Origin: Candidatus Woesearchaeota archaeon
GTDB taxonomy: Archaea; Nanobdellota; Nanobdellia; Woesearchaeales; UBA583
Assembly (NCBI GenBank): GCA_965205335.1
Contig: OZ242164.1
Location: 544,001-608,000 of the forward strand
Direction of reading: 5' to 3'
DNA length: 64,000 nt
Below the pieces are notes generated by a model. It was not told where the DNA came from. It was given only the letters and a program-made list of their open reading frames with translations, and made no database searches. The position numbers were made by a program, and so were the translations under genes. Shown in pieces: positions 40,419-49,972 of the stretch (positions are counted from its first letter, which is position 1; every line of letters begins with the position of its first letter).

Positions 40419-42557
40419 CTAAACTTTTTTAACCAAATCCTTATAATACATAAGTCCCAACTGAGGTCCTTTCTTTGTCACAACATTGGCGCTATTTCCC
40501 GCTGCATACTCCATTGCCTTTTTAATTGTACATCCCTTTGAATAAAAATACATAAAAGTTGCTCCAAAACAATCCCCTGCTCCTGTTGTATCAACAATCT
40601 TATCTGGCTTGAATGCAGCAGTAAAATACTCCATATTCCCATCATAAGCGTAAGAACCATTCGCTCCATCCGTTACAATAACCAACTCACACGCAAGTTT
40701 CTTCAAACCCCTAAGAACAGAACTAAAAGACTGCTCCTTTCCCAAAATCTCACAAGCCTCCTCATAATTCAAAATAATAACATCACAAATCCTAATTAAA
40801 TCCATTAACTTAGGTTCAGTGTGAATTAAAGAAGGACTTGCTCCATAAAAAATCTTTGCTCTCTTATTTCTCTTCTTTATAATCTTAGCAAGCTCTAACT
40901 GAGTCTTAAAACTCTCCCCACTAAGAGCTGTAAAATAATAAAAATTTGAAGAAAATTTATTATAATCAAAATTATCTAACTCTAAAAACTGATTTGAACC
41001 CCTATAAGTAATAATCAATCTGTCATTATCTTTTGTATCCAAAAGAATTGACTTGGCAATTGGTTTTTTTGTCTTCTTTGACTCAATTAATCTCACATTC
41101 TCTATATCAAGCCTCTCCTTTAAAAAATCAAACTCATTATATGAAATTTTTCCTAAATAGGCAACCCTTGCTCCCAACCTTGCAAGACAAACAGACATAT
41201 TAACTCCCCCCCCCCCAAGTTCTTTCTTAAAATCATCCTTAACCCTAACTTTCTCACCAATATACAAATTTGAGAACTTCTCATTAACACTAACCACTGT
41301 ATCCAAAACATTTGAACCCACTACTATAAAATCCTCTCTTCCTTCAAACTTAGAACATAACATCTCAAGAACTTCAATTCCAAAAAGTCTCTCATTTGAC
41401 AAAAACTTAACCAAAGCCCCTCCAGCAAGACTAACATACGAAAACTTATCCAAACACTTGAACTTCTCTGCAACAGTTACACTATGCCCTCCTCCCACAA
41501 AAGAAAACCCCTTTGAATTTACAATCTCTCTTAGAATGCTCTTAGTTCCAACATCACACCCTTTAAGCTCAAAATTCCCGCAAGGCCCCTTCAAATAAAT
41601 ACCTCCTGCCTGCCTTAACAATAACGAATACTTTCTTATAGTATCACTTCCTATATCATTTATCATATTCTTATCCAAAAACTTCCTATTACTACCCAAC
41701 CCACTTGCTTTTATCTCAACCCTTCTTCCATTCAAAACTAATGCAACATCACTTGGAAATAAAATCTTCTTTGGATACTTTCTAAGAAGTCCCCTTAAAT
41801 CCTTCTCAACTGATAAATAATTATTCTCTCTTAGAAAATCCAGTTTCTTCCCCAGATAAAAACCATTAACATGCAGTGCAATCTCCCCAATAACACCTGT
41901 TAGCAAAATACAATCAACTTCCTTTAACCTAAGAGACTTCTCAATCAAAGGAATTAAATCATCAGGCTTAGCTCCTCCAAAAACATATACTAATGGCCTA
42001 TGAACTAATGAAATACTATTTAACCCTCTAAGTTCTCTATCCATTAACCTTCCTGCAATTACTGGAATCTTTGAAAAACCAACAACAGACGTCTGCTTCC
42101 TATGACATACAGAAAACGCATCAAAAACATAATAATCGAAAACCCTCTCAAGCGACTTTATAATATTACCCTTCTTATTTACATCCAACTCATCATCATA
42201 GAACCTCAAATTCTCAAGCAAAAGAATCTCCCCACATTTTAGAGATAAAATCCTATCATCTCTTCTCTTATCATCCAAATCACAAAAACCAATCTTCCTA
42301 TTAATACACTTTGAAATCAGCTTAGAATGCTGCTTTAAAGAAATACAATCCACCTTCCCAGTCCTGCCCTGATGCGCCAAAATAACTACTCTTGCTCCCT
42401 TACTTACAAGTTCATCTATTGTCGAAGACGCCTTAACAATTCTCTCATTTAGAACCACCTTTGACTTAATAACAGGAGAATTAATATCAATCCTTAGCCC
42501 TACAATCCTATCCTTTAAATCAAAACTATCAAGAGTGAAATAATTATGCATAAACAC
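40419..42557 (-). CDS. pgk: phosphoglycerate kinase fused to a PfkB-family carbohydrate kinase
   Basis: PGK motifs RIDINSP, AHQGR, LENLRF, GGAK, GGGH, SLAGGA; then PfkB motifs GGGGVN and DTTGAGDCF. Confidence 0.88.
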   Translation of the reverse strand: MFMHNYFTLDSFDLKDRIVGLRIDINSPVIKSKVVLNERIVKASSTIDELVSKGARVVILAHQGRTGKVDCISLKQHSKLISKCINRKIGFCDLDDKRRDDRILSLKCGEILLLENLRFYDDELDVNKKGNIIKSLERVFDYYVFDAFSVCHRKQTSVVGFSKIPVIAGRLMDRELRGLNSISLVHRPLVYVFGGAKPDDLIPLIEKSLRLKEVDCILLTGVIGEIALHVNGFYLGKKLDFLRENNYLSVEKDLRGLLRKYPKKILFPSDVALVLNGRRVEIKASGLGSNRKFLDKNMINDIGSDTIRKYSLLLRQAGGIYLKGPCGNFELKGCDVGTKSILREIVNSKGFSFVGGGHSVTVAEKFKCLDKFSYVSLAGGALVKFLSNERLFGIEVLEMLCSKFEGREDFIVVGSNVLDTVVSVNEKFSNLYIGEKVRVKDDFKKELGGGGVNMSVCLARLGARVAYLGKISYNEFDFLKERLDIENVRLIESKKTKKPIAKSILLDTKDNDRLIITYRGSNQFLELDNFDYNKFSSNFYYFTALSGESFKTQLELAKIIKKRNKRAKIFYGASPSLIHTEPKLMDLIRICDVIILNYEEACEILGKEQSFSSVLRGLKKLACELVIVTDGANGSYAYDGNMEYFTAAFKPDKIVDTTGAGDCFGATFMYFYSKGCTIKKAMEYAAGNSANVVTKKGPQLGLMYYKDLVKKV

Positions 42558-42747
42558 ACAACAATAAAAACCAATAAAAGAAATTATATAAACTCAATAG
42601 AGAAGACTACCCAAAATAAACCCAAAACATTCCCCTGTCGTTGTTGACTTTAGCCTTTCAAAAACTCTTATTTTCTAAAAGGAAACCAGAATTAACCCCC
42701 TTAAAATAATTAATAACTTATATAATACTCCTAATGATAATTCTATT

Positions 42748-45072
42748 ATGAATACAAAAACAAAAGCCGCCCAAAAAGTTGTCCAGAAAAAGTCCCAAGC
42801 AAAACGTACAAAAAAAGCAGAAACAGTTGTTACAAAAGAAGATGCAAAACTCTTAGATGATACTCTAAATATGGTTAAATCACTAAACCAAAAAATTAGT
42901 ACTGTCAGTAAAGCAAAAACAAAACTCCAAAAGGATGTATCAGAACTAAGCAGAAGAATTGACTCAAAGGATAAAAACCAAACAGATGATTCAAAGTTAA
43001 AAGACGAAATAATAGAAGAATTTAAACCAATCTTTAATAAACTAAATCCTCAGACATTAAAAACCCAGTTAAATAAAGAAATTAATTCATCCCTTAAACA
43101 GGAAATTGAAAAAGCAAAATCCCAAGTAAAATCAGATACGAAAAAAGGAGCAGAAGAAATCTCAAAGAAAGTAGCACATTTAGAGAAGGATTTAATGCAG
43201 TCAATAAAATCAAATGAAAAACTAAAAAATGAACTAAACAGATTAAGCAACTCAAAATTAGGTGAAGATATTTTTATAGGAGTTGAAAAGAAAATCCGTG
43301 AACATGTTGAAATCTCCCTAAGAAAAATTTCAAAGGAAATTTCAGAGTTAAGAGTTAATCCACAAGGACATCAGGACAAATCCTTAAACAATAAGATAAG
43401 TAACATTGAAAAGTCTTTAAACAAACTTGAAAAGGAATTGAAAAAAACAGAGGATAAAACATCTAAAAGCATTCAAAAAGAAGTAGAAAACATCAAAAAG
43501 AAGATTCTAAGCGATTTGAAATCAAAAGATTTAAACCATAAAAGAGAACTTGAAGTATTTAAGATTGAAGTATCAAAGCATATCAGGGCATTACTTGATG
43601 GATTACATGCAGAATACAACCTACTAAAAGAGAAGGCTCAGGAGTCCCAGATGGAAGAAGAGAAATTCTTAGAGGAAGTAGCGCAGGGAAATTTGGACAG
43701 ATATGAATTATTTTCACAAAGGGTTGATAAGGCAATAAAATCAAACAAAGAAACCGAAGAGAAACTTGTGGAATTAACTTATAACAATAAAGTTGAACTT
43801 GAAAACATATTTGCGCAGCAAATCAAAGAGGACTTAGCACAGAAAACAATTTCCAATAATGAGTTCTTATTAAATCTAAAAAAATTAGCAAAAGAGAAAC
43901 AGGAGGAATTGTCAGAGAATATTGATAACAAATTAGTTAATTCAGTTGCCCAATTTGAAGGAAAGTTTCATGAGTACATGCAGGATTTTGACAAGGCCTT
44001 AAAGGAGAAAGAAAAAGAGTTTTTAGAAAAGTTAAAAGTAGTTGAGAATGAACGTTATGAAGTTATCTCTCAAATGGAAGAATTTAAAGAAGAAATATCA
44101 AAATTAACAAAAGAATATATGGCAAACCTTCATGATGAACTTGAGAGAATTAAGAAAAAAGAAGTTAAATTAGGTAATGAGAAAAACCAGTTTCTTGTAC
44201 ATATCAATGAATCATCAAAGGCAAGAAAATTAGAAATTGAAGATCTTGCAAATCAAATGAAAGATAGAGTTAAGGGAGTTTTAGAGGAAGAGAGAGACGC
44301 ATTTGACAGACATGAAGAAACATTTAGAGGAGTGTTTTATGAAAAAGTCCAGAATCTGCATGATTTCTCAAAGAAAAAACTAGAAAATATTGAAAGAAAG
44401 TTTGTTGACAAGAATCTAAAATATGTTAGTGATAAAATTAATTCAATGCTTGAACCTCTAAGATTACTTGAAGAAAGTGTCAATGCAAAGGAAGGTGAAA
44501 TTTCAAAATTAGGTCAGGAAATCAACAGCAAACAGGAAGTCTTCTTAGAAGATTTTCATTCACATCAAAAGAATTTAAATCAGGATTTTACAAAACTTGA
44601 GAAAAAGTTAAATGAAAAACTTGAAGATTCAGACAAGCAAATTATAAAATCAAGAAGTGTTGTCAAAGCTATTCTTGAAGAAGTTGAATTCTCAATGACA
44701 AAAATGGATAATTTAATCAATTCAAAGATAGAGGAAATTAATGCAGGCTTAAACAGATTAAAATCCATAGAAAGTAGACTCGTGGGAATTTCACAAATAG
44801 ATTATAAGATTAATCAGATAGAATCAAATATGAACAATATGCATGGTAAAATCAATGAAATTGAAAATCTAAATCATACACATGGGTTTGAATCACTTAA
44901 TTTATTAGTTTCAACAATTGGAGAATACGAGCAAAATTTAATTGCCTTAGTAAAATCACTTAAATCAGAAGGAGTTTCAGAAGAGCACATTAAAACCATT
45001 CTAAGACAGAAAGGTCACCCTATGCTATATGTCTCAATGGTCTTGGAAAATCTGAACTTCTTAGAGCACTAA
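42748..45072 (+). CDS. long coiled-coil protein of unknown function
   Basis: 774 aa, K/E/L-rich heptads, no NTPase motif; short C-terminal helical domain (LKSEGVSEEHIKTILRQKGHP). Confidence 0.7.
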   Translation: MNTKTKAAQKVVQKKSQAKRTKKAETVVTKEDAKLLDDTLNMVKSLNQKISTVSKAKTKLQKDVSELSRRIDSKDKNQTDDSKLKDEIIEEFKPIFNKLNPQTLKTQLNKEINSSLKQEIEKAKSQVKSDTKKGAEEISKKVAHLEKDLMQSIKSNEKLKNELNRLSNSKLGEDIFIGVEKKIREHVEISLRKISKEISELRVNPQGHQDKSLNNKISNIEKSLNKLEKELKKTEDKTSKSIQKEVENIKKKILSDLKSKDLNHKRELEVFKIEVSKHIRALLDGLHAEYNLLKEKAQESQMEEEKFLEEVAQGNLDRYELFSQRVDKAIKSNKETEEKLVELTYNNKVELENIFAQQIKEDLAQKTISNNEFLLNLKKLAKEKQEELSENIDNKLVNSVAQFEGKFHEYMQDFDKALKEKEKEFLEKLKVVENERYEVISQMEEFKEEISKLTKEYMANLHDELERIKKKEVKLGNEKNQFLVHINESSKARKLEIEDLANQMKDRVKGVLEEERDAFDRHEETFRGVFYEKVQNLHDFSKKKLENIERKFVDKNLKYVSDKINSMLEPLRLLEESVNAKEGEISKLGQEINSKQEVFLEDFHSHQKNLNQDFTKLEKKLNEKLEDSDKQIIKSRSVVKAILEEVEFSMTKMDNLINSKIEEINAGLNRLKSIESRLVGISQIDYKINQIESNMNNMHGKINEIENLNHTHGFESLNLLVSTIGEYEQNLIALVKSLKSEGVSEEHIKTILRQKGHPMLYVSMVLENLNFLEH

Positions 45073-45086
45073 ATTTTTTAATGCTA

Positions 45087-46371
45087 TCAATTAATACTTT
45101 CTATTTCAACAGGCTTTGTACGATAAGTAACTAAAAACTCTGACTTATCGTACAACAGGTTAGCAGTAATTCCCAAGTTTTCCATTTCCATAATAAGAAC
45201 GCAAATATTATGGCATACAATTTTACATAACACTTCGTTTACCTGTGCTGTCCTGTTTTTAGATTTAACATTATCCCCAAACTTCTTTTTCACCATACTA
45301 AATGTAGTTTCAACATTACTTCGTTTATGATAATGTTCCATAAACTCATCCTGATTATAAAGGAAATAATGTAATGCTTTCTTCCAGATTATACCTCGTT
45401 TATGTTTGGATTTTTCATTTACATTATTTTTGAAAGGAATATAAGGAACTGCTCCTACTTCATTGATTGCTTCTAAGTTTTCCTTACTGATATACGCCTT
45501 ATCTCCTGAAAACTCCTCTATTGTGAAGACTTCATTAGTCTTATCCAGTAACTCTTTTAACTGTGGGCTGTCGTGGTCAAATTCAGACGTTATTTTAACT
45601 GCTGGAATGATGTTAGTATGAACTCCTGAAACTATGTGACATTTAACCCATTTCTTATATCTGTCCTGTGTGGAATGCTTATACTTATTCCAGTTCTGCA
45701 CTATTGACGTACCAAATCCCGAACTGTCTATTGCAAAATTGGTTTCAACTTCTTTCAATGGCTGTGATGTAATCTTAATCAGGTTGTGCAGAATCTCTGA
45801 AACCTCTTTTTTATTAAAGTAAACTTTAAGTGTTGTAAATGGAACTTCCTTAGTTATGTACTCAAAATCCTTGCTTAACTGCATATCACAGGTAAATCTA
45901 CGCCCAGAAACCCCTGAATACACTTTAAATATCATTGAGTTAAAATATCGTGTATAGGTGTTTTAGGTCGCCCAAACTTATAACCTTCCTCCTGTGAGTT
46001 CTTAACTAAATCGCTCAACAATTTCATAAACTTGTCCTTCTCTGTTTTCTGTGCCTCATCATAAGCACTCCAATTCTGTGTGTATATCTTCTTAGTTACT
46101 TCCTGTTTTAAAGTTCCGTCGGTATAAATTGTCTGAGTTACAGTATATTCTACTGCAAAGATATGCTTACATTTAGAGTGACGCTTCTTATAGTCCATAC
46201 AACTGCATTTAGCACCAAAACCATTACTCTTAACCACATAGCACATTTTAGTATTCGTTTGGCTCGTACTATCTACGTTGTATCATTCTCCTTCTTAATC
46301 TTGAAGTCCTTTGCAATTTCAAGACCTCTTTCTTGTCTTAAGTTTTGTTGTGGTTGTTTGTTTTGTACCAT
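45087..46371 (-). pseudogene. disrupted SWIM-zinc-finger DDE transposase
   Basis: ATG at 46371; in-frame TAG and frameshift near 46265-46275; second frameshift near 45940; CSCMD..KCKH, AIDSSGF, GDKAY and HKRSNVETTFSM motifs. Confidence 0.85.
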
Positions 46372-46775
46372 AATAAGTAATAATTATTACTCTTAAAATA
46401 TTTATTAATACCTATACCTAATAATCCTGAAAAAATATCCTAAATTATTAAAGAGAATATAAAAATTGCTAAAAAGTCAAGAATAGAGGAATTAAAAGCA
46501 ATGTCCAAAATTAATGAAACTCCTATAATTTCAATTTTTGGTTCAATACAAAAAAACTAAGGACAAAAACATTTAAATATCTCTACCTTTTTATTGTATA
46601 AGAGATTTCGCTTAATTTCACTCGTGGTTGTTTGTTTTTAGGCGAAATCTCTCTTATTTTTAAATAATATATATAAATATTAAAGTTTAGTAAATTTTAT
46701 GACAAACCAAGTAATTTAAGACTTTTCGTACAGATTCCTTACTTTTCGTACAAAACACACTTTTCGTACAAAGCC
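45112..46775 (-). mobile_element. IS element (1664 bp, IS4/IS5-like DDE with SWIM finger), 9-bp TSD
   Basis: TIR GGCTTTGTACGA/TCGTACAAAGCC; ATTTCAACA at 45103-45111 and 46776-46784. Confidence 0.88.
46601..46661 (+). ncRNA. candidate IS-encoded hairpin antisense sRNA
   Basis: 15-bp stem with one G-U pair; 22-nt loop complementary to transposase nt +8..+22; TTTAAATA upstream and a T-run downstream. Confidence 0.5.
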
Positions 46776-46820
46776 ATTTCAACAATAATCTTTATAAAAG
46801 AATTCCAATTATTTTCAAGT

Positions 46821-47012
46821 ATGATAATCCCAATAAGATGTTTTTCATGCGGTAAACCAGTAGGTCATTTATGGGAAGAATTTAAAACCCAAACTGAAAA
46901 AGGGAAACCAGTAAAAGAAGTTCTTGACTCTTTAGAATTAAAAAGATTCTGTTGCAGAACAGTTGTTATGTCCCATGTTGATTCAATAGATATTGTAGGA
47001 AAATACAAATAA
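46821..47012 (+). CDS. rpoN: RNA polymerase subunit N (Rpo10)
   Basis: MIIPIRCFSCGK...RFCCR. Confidence 0.96.
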   Translation: MIIPIRCFSCGKPVGHLWEEFKTQTEKGKPVKEVLDSLELKRFCCRTVVMSHVDSIDIVGKYK

Positions 47013-47101
47013 TTCTCTATTTCTGCTTAATCCATACCCTACCTCTTAGTTTTTTATTATATCTTACAAAGTTTTATATTATTGTAATTTAAAATATTTT
47101 T

Positions 47102-47752
47102 ATGGAAGTGAAAATAATCCCAAGTGTATTTGCAACAAGCATTCAGACTTTTAATTCAAAACTTGAGAAACTAAAGTTTTCAAATGAAATTCACCTAGAT
47201 TTCATGGATGGAAAATTCACGCCCAAAAAATCAGTTAAACTCTTAGATACGAATAAAATAAAGAACCACCCTAATATTAAGTTTGAAACTCATTTAATGG
47301 CATACAATCCAATAAAATATAAAAATAAACTAAAAGACATGGGAGTTAAAAAAATTCTAATACATTTTGAGGTATTTAACAAAAGAGAAAATCTCATTCA
47401 AACATTAGATGAATTCAAAAAAGAAAAATTTGAGGTATTTCTCGTATTAAACCCTAACACAAACATAGAGAGCATTCTAAACTATACAAGATTAATTGAT
47501 GGTATAATGCTAATGTCAGTAATCTCTGGTGCTGAAGGGCAGAACTTCATTGAGAAAACTTATAAGAGGATAGAATCTCTGAGAAAAAATGAGCCCAATG
47601 TAATAATTCAGATAGATGGGGGAATAAAAGATACAAATATAGAGAAAATGGTTAAGAAAGGAGCGAATATCCTAACTATTGGTTCTTATATTTCATCCTC
47701 AGAAACTCCAGAAGATAATTTTAAAAAACTAAACCATTTAATAGGAAATTAG
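47102..47752 (+). CDS. rpe: ribulose-phosphate 3-epimerase
   Basis: HLDFMDGKF, HLM, LMSV.SG..GQ and IDGGI motifs. Confidence 0.88.
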   Translation: MEVKIIPSVFATSIQTFNSKLEKLKFSNEIHLDFMDGKFTPKKSVKLLDTNKIKNHPNIKFETHLMAYNPIKYKNKLKDMGVKKILIHFEVFNKRENLIQTLDEFKKEKFEVFLVLNPNTNIESILNYTRLIDGIMLMSVISGAEGQNFIEKTYKRIESLRKNEPNVIIQIDGGIKDTNIEKMVKKGANILTIGSYISSSETPEDNFKKLNHLIGN

Positions 47753-47849
47753 AATCCTAATTACTCTTTTATTAAAAAATGTTAGCAATTTTTTCACGAC
47801 ATTTTTTAAAACATAAATAATATTAATGAGTTTTAAGAGATATTTTTAG

Positions 47850-48128
47850 ATGGAACTTAACATACTGCATAATTATGAATTTAAAGACGTGCTTAACACA
47901 TTCCCAGTATTAAAAGAAACATTGGATGAATTAGACATCAATTTAGAAGATATTCATGATGGTGAGACAATGGATAATTACTTTAGCAGAAAATCCCTAT
48001 CACAAGAAGAGGTTGATGTTATTATCAGAAAAATGAATCGTAAACTGCAAACACATTTTCACAGAACTGATGAAAAAAGAGAACCCTCCTCGTTTGAAAA
48101 GCTCACAATAAGAGAAGAGGAGGAATAA
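47850..48128 (+). CDS. small acidic hypothetical protein
   Basis: 92-aa ORF with upstream TATA-like box. Confidence 0.55.
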   Translation: MELNILHNYEFKDVLNTFPVLKETLDELDINLEDIHDGETMDNYFSRKSLSQEEVDVIIRKMNRKLQTHFHRTDEKREPSSFEKLTIREEEE

Positions 48129-48339
48129 TCTTCTCCTTAAATCCTAATATTTTTAAATCATGTATCCTTTCCACTTCTTACAACAACAAAGTTAAATGTA
48201 AAGGCGCCAAGTTTTGAAGTTATAACATATCATAATAAACCCACATAAGAAATATATAATTTAGAGAGAACAATCCAAAGCAAACTTATGTAACTCTTTT
48301 GAGATAATTACAAATTCTTTTTAATAAAAAAAGGACAAA

Positions 48340-49152
48340 ATGAGCATGACAGATTATAGAAACATAAAGAAAGCAATGAAAAAACTTGAAACTGATGGGA
48401 AATCTTTCTTTTTAGCATATGATCATGGTCTTGAACATGGGCCAAGTGATTTAAGTGATGATAATGAGAATCCACAAGATTTATTTTATTGGGCTGAGAA
48501 GGGGGAATTTGATGGTTTCATCTGTCAGAAAGGAATTGCAGAAAAATATGGAGATTCTTATAAAACAAATATAATTCTTAAAGTTAATGGCAAGACAACT
48601 CTTGGCATAAAGGACGATCCTTATTCTCCTGTTATTTGTAGTGTGAAAAGAGCTGTCGAGTTAAACGCAAAATGTATTGGGTTTACTTTCTTCCCTGGCT
48701 CTTCATACCAGTCTAAGATGTACGAAGACTTTAGAAAGATTCAGGAAGATGCCCATGACTTTGGGCTTCCTGTTGCCGCTTGGATGTATCCAAGAGGTAA
48801 AGCAATTAAAAACGATATGGATGGAGAACTTTTGGCTTACTGCGCAAGAATTGGGCTTGAGATAGGTGCTGATATGGTTAAGATGAAATACAACGGAAAC
48901 AAAGATGATTTCGCAAAACAAGTTCAAACAGCAGGAAAAACTAAGGTTTTATTATCTGGAGGACCTAAACATAACTCAACAAAGGAGTTTTTACAAGATG
49001 TATGCGATGTTACAAGTGTTGGGGCACATGGGCTTGCAATCGGGAGAAATATATGGCAACACGAAAAACCAATTGAATTAAGCAAAGCAGTCAGAGATGT
49101 TCAGATAAGAGGCAAAGACATTTACACAGCCCTTAAAAGATTAGAAAATTGA
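48340..49152 (+). CDS. fba: class I fructose-bisphosphate aldolase (DhnA type)
   Basis: AYDHGLEHGP, WMYPRG, GADMVK, SGGPK and GRNIWQ motifs. Confidence 0.88.
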   Translation: MSMTDYRNIKKAMKKLETDGKSFFLAYDHGLEHGPSDLSDDNENPQDLFYWAEKGEFDGFICQKGIAEKYGDSYKTNIILKVNGKTTLGIKDDPYSPVICSVKRAVELNAKCIGFTFFPGSSYQSKMYEDFRKIQEDAHDFGLPVAAWMYPRGKAIKNDMDGELLAYCARIGLEIGADMVKMKYNGNKDDFAKQVQTAGKTKVLLSGGPKHNSTKEFLQDVCDVTSVGAHGLAIGRNIWQHEKPIELSKAVRDVQIRGKDIYTALKRLEN

Positions 49153-49181
49153 CTATATACAATCTCTCTTGTATTAAATTC

Positions 49182-49821
49182 CTAAAAAAAAATATTCCAT
49201 AAAGTATCATAATTATAAATAACAATAAAAGTAATAATATACCACAAAAGAACCACCCCAATTAATGGTAAATAATCTGTCTCAAACTCCTCTTTAAACA
49301 CATAAAGAGAAGTAAACATCTGCTTAAGCGAGTAATAACCAATAACAAATGATGCTAAAAGAGAAATACTATATACTAATAAAAGAGGAACTAAAGAAGA
49401 TGAGGCAAGAGTATATCCTATAGCTAAAGTAGTTAATCCCATATAAATTAAACTAAATAACACTATTCCAATATAAACAGGCAAATGCAAATAAGTTAGT
49501 ACTATATAAAATTGCGTTGCAGATAGATCTGTTTTAAAAAAGATTTTTGTATAATAATACCCTACAAAATAATGAAAAATAGAAATCCAACCAACCAAGA
49601 AGATAGTGAAATCAAAAAAGTAAAATAAGGATTACCTGTAATTGCTAGGAGAATTGGTACTGTGAGGATCAAAGTTGGTACTGAACTTACTAATCCTAAA
49701 AGCACATGAATAAGAAGCATATATTTCCATTTAAGTTTAGAAGACTTTTCTACAAACTTAGAAATCTTCTCATCATCTTTCTTCCAACTATAATATCTTA
49801 TGAATCAAAATAATTAACCAT
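49182..49821 (-). pseudogene. frameshifted polytopic membrane protein
   Basis: Hydrophobic frame (FIRYYSWKK...LAITGNPYFTFLISL) continues upstream of the 138-aa ORF in another frame; ATG at 49821 needs a second shift. Confidence 0.5.
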
Positions 49822-49972
49822 TATAATAACTTGATTTCTACGAATATATATATGCATTAACCAGAAAGTAATCATTTGTACAAAATTCTAATAGTAATAT
49901 AACATAAAACTTTATTACTAGACCTAAAAAACCAAAACATTAAGCACAATCAAAAGTAATAATTTGTTACAA

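Noticed and set aside
46260-46280. In-frame TAG in the transposase as stop-codon recoding
   Set aside because: It sits beside a frameshift, and TAG ends normal genes here; simple decay is the better explanation
46390-46572. Hydrophobic passenger ORF inside the IS
   Set aside because: Only broken fragments with stops; cannot be supported as a gene
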